Assembly (NCBI GenBank): GCA_041738615.1
Contig: JBGSPL010000003.1
Span: forward strand, 24,708 to 88,707
Source: Patescibacteria group bacterium
GTDB lineage: Bacteria > Patescibacteriota > CPR2 > UBA1875 > CAIMLA01
Length of the DNA stretch: 64,000 nucleotides
Direction of reading: 5' to 3'
The position numbers were made by a program, and so were the translations under genes. The notes under the pieces were generated by a model. It made no database searches. It saw only the letters and a list, made by a program, of their open reading frames with translations, and had not been told where the DNA came from. The stretch's first letter is position 1; each line of letters opens with the position of its first letter. This document shows positions 39,606 through 49,425 of this stretch, piece after piece.

Positions 39606-41834
39606 TTATTCGTGTTTTGCGGCAATTTCGGTTGCAGTAGGCATCGATGACACAGTCCCTTCTGGACGTGGTGCAGGAGCACTAGCGAGCTTCGGTGCCG
39701 GCCTTTTCTTTAGCGGGAACTTGAATCCAAATACAGAACCTTTGCCCTCTGTTGAGTCAAAGATAATCTCACCGCCATGATCGAGCACGACACGTTTCGC
39801 AAGGTAAATCCCTAGACCAGTACCATCCGGACGAGCGGTACGAGCATTATCGGCACGGAAGAATTTCTCGAAGAGATGGTCTCGCTGGGCTTTCGGTACA
39901 CCGATACCTGTATCATGCACTTCATAGATAAAGTTGTCTTTGTCATGGCGCAGCACCACTGTGACTCCGCCCGTGTTCGTATAGTAAATGGCATTGTCCA
40001 TGAAGTTCATCACTACCTGGCGAATCTTGGTCTCGTCCGCATAGATATGTGGCACCTTGCCCTTGGCTTCGAGCTTCAGATACAGCCCCTTTGCCTTGGC
40101 GCTATTGCTGAGTTGCTTCACTTCCTCATTCACGACACGTTCGATGTCCACCTCCTTGGGCTCTAGGAAGAAACGACCAGTATCCATACGAGAAACATTC
40201 AGGAGGTCGTTGATCAGACCCACCATACGGTTTGCACCACTGTAAGCTTCGTTGATGAAGTCGTACTGGCTTACCTTGATATCTCCGGCATCTCCCTCCA
40301 AAAGCATCGACAGATAGCCCTTGATGGCCGTCAGAGGGGTACGAAGCTGATGGGACGCCATGGAGATAAACTCGTCCTTGGCATGGTCTAGCTCCATCAG
40401 CTGCTCATTCTTTTGCTTCAGCCTGTATGTAGCGCGTTTTACTTCCTGACGCAAAGTGGTGTTGAAGCGGCTAATCTCCTCGTACGACTTGGCATTCTCT
40501 ACAGCAATGGCAAGCTCTGGTGCCAAAATTTCCAGAACGCTCATGTCCTGCTGACTATACATATCCCCCGAGCTCTTCTCCCCAAGTAGCATCACACCGA
40601 CTATTTCTTTCTCGGTCTTCAATGGAACTGCCAAAGTTGCTTCGTATTCGGATAGTAGGTGCTTCATACGAGAGCCGTCCTCAAGGTCGTCTAGATGGAT
40701 GATTCCATCCTTTGTGAGCTTGAGTACATCGCGAGGATCTACATCTGGAGTTTTCTTGTAGCCAATAGCCTGGGCGGTATAGAGGCGACTATCGTCCTTT
40801 ACAAGGGCAAAGAGCACTCTACTCGCCTTCACGTTCTTGGAAAGTAAATCTCCTACCTTGTATAAAAGCTCGATAAGAACAATGGTTGAGCCCATAGTAT
40901 TTGATAAACTGCCCAACAGTTCGTCGGCACTATAGGCGTTTCTGAAAAAAACTTTGTCTGTTACTTTTGTTATCCAAGTCTTGAGTGGTTGGAACAAGAA
41001 AACCATGACCACTGATATTACCGTTCTTAGAATGCCCTCTCCCCAGCCAAAATTCGCTAATTGCTCCGGGAAGAACAGTTTCTCTAAGCCCAGAACTGAA
41101 CCCGCATAAAATCCTGCCAGAGAAAGTAAAAGCAATAAATATGCTACTGATCGAGCTACCACTAACCTTATATCCAAGAATCGATGCCTCACAATTGCAT
41201 AGGCCGAAAAACCTACAAGGAAAATGGCGCTCTGTGCGTCAAATGGTACGGCTGGAGTAACACCGACTAAAGGCAACACTAAGCCCACCAGAAGAGCCAC
41301 GAAGGCATACAGGGTCAAACCGGTTAATATGTATTGCAACTGTAAACGCTTAACTCCGCGTGCCTTCATAAATGCCTTCACGACCAGGTAAAACATATAT
41401 ATTAGTGACACAAATACTGCACCACTGAAAATATTAAATAACGGTCCTGTTGTAAAGGTGTAAGACGAGGCGCTTGTGGCATTTATGGATTGGATAACTA
41501 ATCCGTCAATTAATGGCATCGCAAAAAGGACAAGACTAATGAAGTAAAAGATAGCAACCTTTGTGAACTTTGGCTCTCTCTCAAGCAAATACAGAAACCA
41601 AGGAACTAAAAGTGGTCCGACCGCGCCACCTGTAGAATATACCAACTTAAACATCAACAGGTCTTTGTGGAAGGAGAAGAAATAGAAATTAACTAGCGCC
41701 CAGAACGTGCTCATTAACGAGAAAATCAAGAATGAGATATTTAGCGGTTTCTTCCAGTTCTTCTGGAAAACCAATAGGCCAAGTAAAAAACTCGCTATTG
41801 CCACTATTAATGTAAAGTAGTTAAGTAAGTCCAT
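39606..41834 (-). CDS. Sensor histidine kinase (multi-TM HisKA_7TM-like N-terminus, GAF, HisKA, HATPase)
   Basis: About 9 N-terminal TM helices; GAF 'LAVPL...VGVMLLGEK...YSQQD..L'; SHQLRTPLT, NFMDNAIYY, DTGIG, GTGLGI. Confidence 0.93.
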   Translation of the reverse strand: MDLLNYFTLIVAIASFLLGLLVFQKNWKKPLNISFLIFSLMSTFWALVNFYFFSFHKDLLMFKLVYSTGGAVGPLLVPWFLYLLEREPKFTKVAIFYFISLVLFAMPLIDGLVIQSINATSASSYTFTTGPLFNIFSGAVFVSLIYMFYLVVKAFMKARGVKRLQLQYILTGLTLYAFVALLVGLVLPLVGVTPAVPFDAQSAIFLVGFSAYAIVRHRFLDIRLVVARSVAYLLLLLSLAGFYAGSVLGLEKLFFPEQLANFGWGEGILRTVISVVMVFLFQPLKTWITKVTDKVFFRNAYSADELLGSLSNTMGSTIVLIELLYKVGDLLSKNVKASRVLFALVKDDSRLYTAQAIGYKKTPDVDPRDVLKLTKDGIIHLDDLEDGSRMKHLLSEYEATLAVPLKTEKEIVGVMLLGEKSSGDMYSQQDMSVLEILAPELAIAVENAKSYEEISRFNTTLRQEVKRATYRLKQKNEQLMELDHAKDEFISMASHQLRTPLTAIKGYLSMLLEGDAGDIKVSQYDFINEAYSGANRMVGLINDLLNVSRMDTGRFFLEPKEVDIERVVNEEVKQLSNSAKAKGLYLKLEAKGKVPHIYADETKIRQVVMNFMDNAIYYTNTGGVTVVLRHDKDNFIYEVHDTGIGVPKAQRDHLFEKFFRADNARTARPDGTGLGIYLAKRVVLDHGGEIIFDSTEGKGSVFGFKFPLKKRPAPKLASAPAPRPEGTVSSMPTATEIAAKHE

Positions 41835-41835
41835 T

Positions 41836-43098
41836 CTACTTAATAATCTTCAACTCTTTACCAATTATTTCACAGGCATTAATGTATGCATCAAGATGCT
41901 CTTTCGTGTGGGTTACCATAACAATGATTCGAAACCTGCTCTGTCCTTCGGGTACTGCTGGCCATCTAACGATTGGTGAAAGGAATTTTCTCTCAAACAA
42001 TTTATTCGCAAATTCCACACCAAGTTTTTCATCCCCTACAAACAAGGCGACTGAGGGGATATTGTCTTTACCGACTATCTTAAATCCCTTCTCCTTTAGT
42101 TTGTCACGGAGATACTGCGATTTCTCAAAAAGGTTCTTTCTCAAGTTTTGGCCCTTTTTAATTTGCTTCACAGACTCAATCATTGCACCAGACATTGAGC
42201 ATGTCAGCGACGACGAAAGGATAGAAGACCTAGTAGCTATTCTAAGATAATCAATAAGTTCTTTCTTGCCACACAGATAGCCGCCAGTTCCACCCATGGC
42301 CTTATCCATACAACCCATCAGAATATCAATATCTTTAACACAATTATGATGCTCGGGGGTTCCGCCCCCATCCTTCCCTAAAATCCCGATACTATGAGCA
42401 TCGTCAATCATAATTTTTGCATTATATTTTTTTGCTAGGTTGATGTAGTCAGGCAAATTGATTATTTCGCCGTCGAGACTAAAAACGCCTTCTGTTATTA
42501 TCAATTTATTTTCAGTACTTTTATACTCTTTGAGCTTATTTTCTAAATCAACCAAATCATCATGCTTAAAAACAACGGTTTTGGCTGAGCTTAGCTTACA
42601 ACCATCAACTATAGATCCGTGATTATACTCATCACTAAATATCGCGCCGCTCCCTTTTTTGTAAGGGAGACCCATCATAAACTCATCCATAACCGCCCTG
42701 ATAACACCAACGTTCGCCATATAACCAGTTGGTAAGGTTAGGCAATCCTCAGTACCTGTTAGCCCAGCGATTTCTCGCTCTAACTCCTCGATTATATCCA
42801 CGTTACCACTTATGACACGAGAGCCACCTGGACCCATTCCATACTTTCGGATAGCTTCTATCCCGGCTTTCTTTACTGCCTCGTTTTCGGACATCCCTAA
42901 GTAGTTATTTGCACAAAAAATCTTGAAGGGTTCACCATCAATCTCGCAGACCGGTTCATTAACGCCACCTGTTATAACTGGGAACATGGGATAAAGTTCA
43001 GCGTCTTTTAGATAGTTAACGAGCTTATAAGCGTTGCCAAAGTGTTCTTTTTCCTTAATCAATTTAGAACCAGCGAAAAGCTTAACTTCTTTTAGCAT
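41836..43098 (-). CDS. PLP-dependent alpha-oxoamine synthase (BioF/Kbl/SPT/CqsA-LqsA family)
   Basis: NNYLG, GSRVISG, TGYMAN, DEYNHGSIVDG, EGVFSLDG, DDAHS, GCMDKAMG (PLP lysine). Confidence 0.88.
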   Translation of the reverse strand: MLKEVKLFAGSKLIKEKEHFGNAYKLVNYLKDAELYPMFPVITGGVNEPVCEIDGEPFKIFCANNYLGMSENEAVKKAGIEAIRKYGMGPGGSRVISGNVDIIEELEREIAGLTGTEDCLTLPTGYMANVGVIRAVMDEFMMGLPYKKGSGAIFSDEYNHGSIVDGCKLSSAKTVVFKHDDLVDLENKLKEYKSTENKLIITEGVFSLDGEIINLPDYINLAKKYNAKIMIDDAHSIGILGKDGGGTPEHHNCVKDIDILMGCMDKAMGGTGGYLCGKKELIDYLRIATRSSILSSSLTCSMSGAMIESVKQIKKGQNLRKNLFEKSQYLRDKLKEKGFKIVGKDNIPSVALFVGDEKLGVEFANKLFERKFLSPIVRWPAVPEGQSRFRIIVMVTHTKEHLDAYINACEIIGKELKIIK

Positions 43099-43165
43099 TG
43101 AGTATCCCTCCAGAGTTATTGTTATATTTAAATGATACTACCGACCGAGTGTAATTTAAAGGTCA

Positions 43166-44911
43166 CTATTGGTATAATCCTTCCAGGATATTCTCATATT
43201 TCCCTGCGATTACCTGCCTTTTTAGCGACAATTTTGGTGTCAATTCTCCACCTTCAATGCTGAAAGGCTCGGAAAGTAAAGCGAATTTACGCACGTGCTC
43301 GATTGTAGAGAGGTGCGCCGTCTTGTTTATCGCCTCACCCGAGATTAGCTCGATTACCTCTGGCATCTTAGCGAGTTTCGCCTTGTTTTTTACGTTAAAG
43401 TGAAGCGCTAGCTGGGAGTAATCGGGAACAATCAGCGCTGCGATATGCTTGTAGCCATCCCCCACCACCATGGCTTGCTCGATATATATACTAGACTCCA
43501 AGGCATTCTCGATAGCTACTGGCCCAATCTTTTTTCCTGTGGTTAGAACGATCAGGTCCTTTTTGCGCCCAGAAATAGTAAGAAAACCATCCTTATCAAT
43601 AGTGCCGAGGTCCCCAGTGCAAAAATATCCATCCTTGGTGAAGGCTTCTTTGTTGTCACTAGCGCGCAGATAACCCTGCGTGATAGTCGGGCCCTTCACT
43701 AGGATCTCTCCGTCATTGGCCAGCTTCAGCTTGATGTTGTAGATTGGGTGGCCAACAGTGCCAAAACGATAGCTTCCTATCTCGTTGACAGCCACTATCG
43801 GCGACGTTTCGGTGAGCCCGTAGCCCTCAAGTACCAGCATATCGACCTTGGCAAAGAACTGACCTATCTTCTTCGGCAGTGAAGCACCGCCGGAGATGAA
43901 GAAGCGAATGTTACCGCCAAAGTTTCCCTTTACCTTGGAGAAAACCAGTTTATCGAAAAGTGGATATAACGGACTGCTCTTCTTGGTTGCAAAAGCCAGC
44001 CGGAATATCAGCTTGGTGACCAGACTCTTGTTTGCCTTCGCCTGAACCTTTTCGTATATCTTTTCGTAGAGGCGCGGAACTGCTAGAACTATAGTCGGCT
44101 TGATCGCCTGAATCTCATCGGAGAGAGTGTCTAAGCTCAGGCAGTATGCGATGCTGGCACCGGCATAGATAGGGATATAATAGCCAGCAGTGCGCTCGAA
44201 AACATGTGAGAGTGGCAAGATTGAAAAGAATTTGTCGGTTGGCAGTATCCATATAGAGTGTGTGGTGCCGACAATGTTCTCGATAAAGTTGCCATGGGTA
44301 AGCTTGACCCCCTTTAGATGCCCCGTGGTACCAGAGGTATAGATGATGCTCGCGAGCACATCGGGGCGAATCTCCAGAGCGCCTGCCGCTATTGCCGACT
44401 CCTGAACCTCGGTGATTTCCATGTCGTTTATAAGCTTCTTGAAGTACAAAAGCTTTGAAAAATTTGTATCCTCGATGTGAGTGAAGGAAACAAGATGCTC
44501 GATTTTCGCTACATCTCTAGCAATTTCGAGTAACTTATCCTCGATAGCCTTCTCGGAAAAGAAGATTGCCTTTGGCTTGATCTCCTCGATGATGCCAGCG
44601 AGCTGGCCGGCAGAGAGCACTTCGTGAACCGGTACCGTGACGCCTCCAATAAGCTGCAGAGCAAGGTCGGTAATCACCCACTCTGGGCGGTTTTCGGAGA
44701 TTAAGAGTACCTTATCTCCCTGTTTGAAGCCGAGGTTCAGCATCGATTGCGCTAGCGCCATGACCTCACTCTTCAGCTCAAAATAGGTTAGGCTCTCATA
44801 ATGATGGCCCTTCTTGTACTTCAGAACCTCGTTTTCGGCGCGTAGTTCGGCAGAAGTGAGAAACATATCGGCGAGATTTAGCGGTATCCACTGCTCTTTT
44901 GGCTTTGTCAT
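43166..44911 (-). CDS. Long-chain fatty acid-CoA ligase (FadD/FAA1-like)
   Basis: IYTSGTTGHLKG, LPLSHVFER, EGYGLTETSP, TGDLG, GRKKDLI. Confidence 0.92.
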   Translation of the reverse strand: MTKPKEQWIPLNLADMFLTSAELRAENEVLKYKKGHHYESLTYFELKSEVMALAQSMLNLGFKQGDKVLLISENRPEWVITDLALQLIGGVTVPVHEVLSAGQLAGIIEEIKPKAIFFSEKAIEDKLLEIARDVAKIEHLVSFTHIEDTNFSKLLYFKKLINDMEITEVQESAIAAGALEIRPDVLASIIYTSGTTGHLKGVKLTHGNFIENIVGTTHSIWILPTDKFFSILPLSHVFERTAGYYIPIYAGASIAYCLSLDTLSDEIQAIKPTIVLAVPRLYEKIYEKVQAKANKSLVTKLIFRLAFATKKSSPLYPLFDKLVFSKVKGNFGGNIRFFISGGASLPKKIGQFFAKVDMLVLEGYGLTETSPIVAVNEIGSYRFGTVGHPIYNIKLKLANDGEILVKGPTITQGYLRASDNKEAFTKDGYFCTGDLGTIDKDGFLTISGRKKDLIVLTTGKKIGPVAIENALESSIYIEQAMVVGDGYKHIAALIVPDYSQLALHFNVKNKAKLAKMPEVIELISGEAINKTAHLSTIEHVRKFALLSEPFSIEGGELTPKLSLKRQVIAGKYENILEGLYQ

Positions 44912-44978
44912 GGGTATCCCCTCCAGCTATTCAGTATTAGTATATTATCAGATTACCTGGTGCTTGTAGAGACTTTCC

Positions 44979-45935
44979 CTACTGCGAAAACTTCCACTTA
45001 TACTTGCTTGATGCGCCAAGATAAGCATCAAAGGTGCCCTGCAAACCTTGGGCGGTACTAGTCGGGAACATGCGAATCCTGGGAATTTCATAGTTGTTTC
45101 CCGACTTGGCAAATGGTTGGGTAGTAACCGCGGCCTTATAGCCTGCAGCTTTTGCCTCACGCTCGGTAAGGTCCCCAAAACGTCCCGACGGATAGCAGAG
45201 AAATTCTACTGGCTTGCCTGTAATCTCCTCTAGGGAGGCCTTGCTGTTTGCAAGTTGGCTATCCATATCGCCCTTCTTTGCATACTGCATATCGATGTGG
45301 CTCACAGTATGCGACTGAATATCCATGCCAGCATCCGACATCTCGCGGAGCTGGGTGCTATTCATATATCCGCCCGCACCAGCGTAGCTAGATATGATAA
45401 AGAAGACGCCTTTTTGGTCACGTTCTTTGAGCATACTAAAAACCTCTGTATAGTTGTCGGCGTAGCCGTCGTCGAAGGTCAAGATTACTGACTTTTCGAC
45501 AACTTTTCCAGAGAAAAGGTCGCTAAAGGTTATGGTGTGGTAGCCATTATTCTTTAGCCAGTCTAGGTGTGAGGCGAACGCCGCAGGCGTCACTGAGAGA
45601 CCGGCCTCTATCTTGTCTGTTCCTGCATAGTTTTGGATATGATGATACATGAGCACTGGCACTAGCTTGTCCCCAGCCACATAATGTCGCTCCTCGCCCC
45701 GTGGCATTGGCGAAATGTTGGGTGGCTGGTATTCTCCCTCATGAAAGACTCTCTCTGCCAGCATAGTGTGGGCTTCGTTAACCGTCTTGGGTCTTCTATT
45801 GCTAGAGAAACTGCGCAGACTACGTGCCCACACAGACACTCCCATAATTAAAAGCACGACACCGATTACGGTGACAGGGAAATCATAACGTAGAAAACGG
45901 TGTTTATTCGGTTTTTTGAACATTACTTTTTGCAA
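44979..45935 (-). CDS. Membrane-anchored polysaccharide deacetylase
   Basis: PVLMYHHI, LTFDDGY, SHTVSH, CYPSG, IPRI. Confidence 0.9.
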   Translation of the reverse strand: MQKVMFKKPNKHRFLRYDFPVTVIGVVLLIMGVSVWARSLRSFSSNRRPKTVNEAHTMLAERVFHEGEYQPPNISPMPRGEERHYVAGDKLVPVLMYHHIQNYAGTDKIEAGLSVTPAAFASHLDWLKNNGYHTITFSDLFSGKVVEKSVILTFDDGYADNYTEVFSMLKERDQKGVFFIISSYAGAGGYMNSTQLREMSDAGMDIQSHTVSHIDMQYAKKGDMDSQLANSKASLEEITGKPVEFLCYPSGRFGDLTEREAKAAGYKAAVTTQPFAKSGNNYEIPRIRMFPTSTAQGLQGTFDAYLGASSKYKWKFSQ

Positions 45936-45952
45936 TTTGCTCCTGCATATCC

Positions 45953-47608
45953 TTAATTACTAACCGTGTACACTTTGTTTGGTGCGCTGCCCGTAATGTT
46001 CGCGCCGCTCTCATTTTGATTATTTAGCCGAAATCCAAATTTGTATTTGCTGGTTTTGGCATCGTATTCATAATTTATATTTGTAATGTCATAGTCCGAG
46101 GTAAGATACGGGTTATCTCCAGCTGTGAGCACCGTGAGAAGCTCAGTGGCGTCGACGGCGGTAGGATACGAGCCCTTGTCTTTCTTGTACTGTTCGACCG
46201 CTGTCTTTAGCGTAGTAATTTCGGCCTTGATTGTCTCGTCTTTCGCCTTATTTGCTGCGCCCGTGCCAAAGTTTTCGTCATAGGCAGCTGCAGCATCAGT
46301 AGTGTTGATGATTCTAGCTCCAATCGGTAGCTTGATGGCTTCATTGAAATCATAGTTGAAGCTTTGCTGCCACGAAAGTGTATAGCTAGTCTCCATCCCT
46401 TGCGAGGTTGTTGCCGATGCTGTATCTCCTGTCGCCGCTAGTTTAGCTGCCGCACGAATGTCGAGCTTGGATACTCGACCACTAGCTGCGTCTATCCAGA
46501 CATCAGCTCTGGTGGCTGCCTCGTCTACGGTGATATCTACCCCGCTCTTGCCACCCTCCAAACTGTCCTTGATGGCCCCAATTTGTTCCGTAGTGGGAAC
46601 GAAAATAAAACGGTACTGCTTCTTACCCTCTACTACCTCGTCGCTTCCGCGAGTAAAACCCCTGGCACTACTCGCCGTGAGCCAGCTCTTTTGCGGTAGG
46701 AGCTGCGCTGTATCGGCACCCATTGCCTCCGAGTTTGTGGCTGCCTTCCAGGCATTCTTGTATTCTGTGAATTTCTTGGTAGAAAGCTTGGAGTTTTCTG
46801 CGTCCGCAATATATAGGGTATCCTTCTTCTTTAGATAAACCAGACTCCCCGGTAAACCCGCCTCAGTAAGCGTTAATCGAACGTTCTGATCACTATCCAC
46901 CTCTAACTTGCCCTTGGCAGTAAAGCCGGTTGCGCTCAAATCTAGCTTGCTAGACATCTTGGGTAGCGCCGCTAGCTGAGCGACAGCCCCTTGGAGTATC
47001 TTTTGATTATTACTTGTCTGATATGCCCGAAACCCTAGGAAACCACCGACCGAGATGGCCACTAACAGCACAACCAAACCGCTATACATCAAAACTTTTT
47101 TATAGGCTTTCTTTCCTGAGGCAGTGAATGACTTTTCTACCGGTACCGACGCGGGCCTCTCTATCAAAGTACCATCTACTGCTACGCTCATTCCCCTGCT
47201 ATCCATCGAGTCTTTCTCGAGAAGCGGATCGGCAACCATTGCTGGGCTGTTGTATGAATCCCGAATCGGCTCCCTGGGAACTCCGACTGGCGCTGACGGT
47301 ATAGCAACTGGGGCCTCCGTTGGGACTTGCGGCATTGGTGCATACGTTTGCTCCATGCTCGGCTGCTCTGCCTCCGCTTGCCCTTCGCTAGCACCCTCTT
47401 CTACAGTGGGCGCAGTACTATTCTCCTCTGGAGCCTCAGGCACAGGGGCTACCACAATCTCGGGCTCGGCCACCATATCATCGGGGCGAAAAATCGGCGG
47501 CATATTTGTGTCTGCGGTACTCGGAGATGGCAAATCTGCTGCTGGCGTTAGACCACCGGCAGCATCTCCCTCCAGGGAGTTTATCGCATTTGCAATATCA
47601 TCGTCCAA
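45953..47608 (-). CDS. Hypothetical single-pass protein with C-terminal pilin/GspG-like domain
   Basis: Acidic Pro-rich N-terminus, TM helix, beta-rich domain, then 'AKDETIKAEITTLKTAVEQYKKDKGSYP'. Confidence 0.6.
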   Translation of the reverse strand: MDDDIANAINSLEGDAAGGLTPAADLPSPSTADTNMPPIFRPDDMVAEPEIVVAPVPEAPEENSTAPTVEEGASEGQAEAEQPSMEQTYAPMPQVPTEAPVAIPSAPVGVPREPIRDSYNSPAMVADPLLEKDSMDSRGMSVAVDGTLIERPASVPVEKSFTASGKKAYKKVLMYSGLVVLLVAISVGGFLGFRAYQTSNNQKILQGAVAQLAALPKMSSKLDLSATGFTAKGKLEVDSDQNVRLTLTEAGLPGSLVYLKKKDTLYIADAENSKLSTKKFTEYKNAWKAATNSEAMGADTAQLLPQKSWLTASSARGFTRGSDEVVEGKKQYRFIFVPTTEQIGAIKDSLEGGKSGVDITVDEAATRADVWIDAASGRVSKLDIRAAAKLAATGDTASATTSQGMETSYTLSWQQSFNYDFNEAIKLPIGARIINTTDAAAAYDENFGTGAANKAKDETIKAEITTLKTAVEQYKKDKGSYPTAVDATELLTVLTAGDNPYLTSDYDITNINYEYDAKTSKYKFGFRLNNQNESGANITGSAPNKVYTVSN

Positions 47609-47626
47609 GATCCCCTCCCGTTGTGA

Positions 47627-48439
47627 CTATACCGATGTATCCCTAAAGATAAACCGAGCTAGCGCCAAGATAGTAAATACCGCCGAAACTCCTAAGAAAT
47701 AGGGTAAGTAGTTCTCTACGTACTCCCCTTTGACTATATTGGTAGCACCGTTTAGATAGTGGAAAAATGAATAATCCTTCAGGTAAGCCATATCGGCCTT
47801 GAGTCCACCAACAATATTGATTCCATAGAGAGCTATCACGATTCCGGCGGTCGAAAATGATGCTTTGCTCTTCTCCGAAAACAGCGCCGAAAAGAGACAG
47901 GCAGTGCTGAATACAGTGATTCCGAAAAGCAAACCGCTAACCGCAAGTGGCAGATTGTTCATCCCCTCTAAGTTTATTTTGTGCAACTTGGCCAGAGGAA
48001 CTATGGCATACACTGTTGTAAAAGCAAAGAATGCGAGTAGAGTCACTGATGCCGCATAACGACCCATAAATATCTTCCACCTTTGTAAGGGTAGCGCCAG
48101 CGTCTGCTCGATCGTCCCCTTTTCAACCTCTCCAGAAATCATCGAGTTCGCCAAAGAAATCCCAAGGACAATCACAATAATCGGCCAGATGATGCTGTAT
48201 TGTTCAGAGGCTACAAAGGTAGAAATCTTTGCAAAGTTCAAGTTTGCAGGATCAAGGCCAAATACCGTCCAAATCTCCTTAGGGTAGCTGTCTAACAACA
48301 CATTGATCTTGTCCATCGCCACTGAGCCAAACGTCGGAAATAGCGCTACGTACATCTCAAGAAAAGCGACTGTGCTGATGATATAAAGGAGTATTGACCA
48401 GATTCTATCCTTTAGGAAGCGAAAATATACTGCAATCAT
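47627..48439 (-). CDS. ABC-2 transporter permease
   Basis: 6 TM helices; 'ISGEVEKGTIEQTLALPLQRWKIF'. Confidence 0.88.
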   Translation of the reverse strand: MIAVYFRFLKDRIWSILLYIISTVAFLEMYVALFPTFGSVAMDKINVLLDSYPKEIWTVFGLDPANLNFAKISTFVASEQYSIIWPIIVIVLGISLANSMISGEVEKGTIEQTLALPLQRWKIFMGRYAASVTLLAFFAFTTVYAIVPLAKLHKINLEGMNNLPLAVSGLLFGITVFSTACLFSALFSEKSKASFSTAGIVIALYGINIVGGLKADMAYLKDYSFFHYLNGATNIVKGEYVENYLPYFLGVSAVFTILALARFIFRDTSV

Positions 48440-49323
48440 TATTCTTTCCTTTCGTAATACTTCAGGAAAACATCCTCTAGGCTAGCGTGCGAAACCTCGA
48501 TATCTAGCAACTTGTGTTTTGAGAGCTTGTGCATCACTGGGTTGATGTCACCAGAAACCGTAATCATCACGCCGTCAGATACTTCCTCTACCTTATCCAC
48601 TCCCTTGCCGATAAACTCCGATACTTCGTACTTGTCAGCAAAACGCACCTCTATCTTGTGGAGTTTCTTTTCGCCAAGAGCTTTGATGCTCTCTACGGCG
48701 ACAAGCTTTCCCTCCTTGATGATGGCAACCCGATCACAAAGACGCTCTACCTCTGGTAGATTGTGAGAGGAGATAAATATCGTCGTGCCCCTATCTCTCA
48801 TGGAGAGCAATATCTCATAAATGGTGTTCTGAAGTAACGGATCGAGGCCTACTGTAGGCTCATCCATGACTAGTACCTTTGGATTATTCATAAGCGCCAG
48901 AATCAAGCCGAGCTTTTGCTTATTCCCACTAGAGAGATGCCGAAATTTCGCCAAAGGGTTGTAGTCGAGCTTCTTCATGAGGTCTCGTACGGTGTCGGAC
49001 TTGCCACGTACACTCTCGAAGAAGTGGATGTGGTCCCAGCCAGTCCAATTATCATAAAGCTTTACATTGCCAGGTAGGTAGCCAATCTGTCTTTTTACGT
49101 CCTCCGCACCTAGGAAAAGACGTTTGCCTAATACTGTGACTTCACCCTTGGTGGTCTTGTTAAAGCCCATGAGGCAGCGAATAGTCGTGCTTTTACCAGC
49201 GCCGTTCGGCCCCAAAAAACCAAAAATTTCCCCCTCCGGAACTGCAAAAGATATCCCGTCTACCGCATGGAGTTTGCCGTAGTGTTTTGCGAGGTCAGTA
49301 ACCTCAATCACATTTTTCTTCAT
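48439..49323 (-). CDS. ABC transporter ATP-binding protein
   Basis: GPNGAGKST, LSSGNKQK, MDEPT, SSH. Confidence 0.93.
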   Translation of the reverse strand: MKKNVIEVTDLAKHYGKLHAVDGISFAVPEGEIFGFLGPNGAGKSTTIRCLMGFNKTTKGEVTVLGKRLFLGAEDVKRQIGYLPGNVKLYDNWTGWDHIHFFESVRGKSDTVRDLMKKLDYNPLAKFRHLSSGNKQKLGLILALMNNPKVLVMDEPTVGLDPLLQNTIYEILLSMRDRGTTIFISSHNLPEVERLCDRVAIIKEGKLVAVESIKALGEKKLHKIEVRFADKYEVSEFIGKGVDKVEEVSDGVMITVSGDINPVMHKLSKHKLLDIEVSHASLEDVFLKYYERKE

Positions 49324-49387
49324 GTATATATATTAGAGCCAGAGCAGAAAATTGTCCACTCGTAAGTAGGCCCCATCAACGGCGAAG

Positions 49388-49416
49388 GCCCCGGAACCTT
49401 GGCGGTTCCGGGGCCT
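49388..49416. terminator. GC-rich hairpin downstream of ORFan 49426-49992
   Basis: GGCCCCGGAACC-ttggc-GGTTCCGGGGCC; no long U-tract. Confidence 0.55.
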
Positions 49417-49425
49417 TGCAGAAAG

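Noticed and set aside
41836-43098. Plain bioF or kbl annotation
   Set aside because: The family is right, but no bio or tdh genes are nearby, the lysine motif is atypical and the context is ligase + kinase. Left at family level; not excluded.
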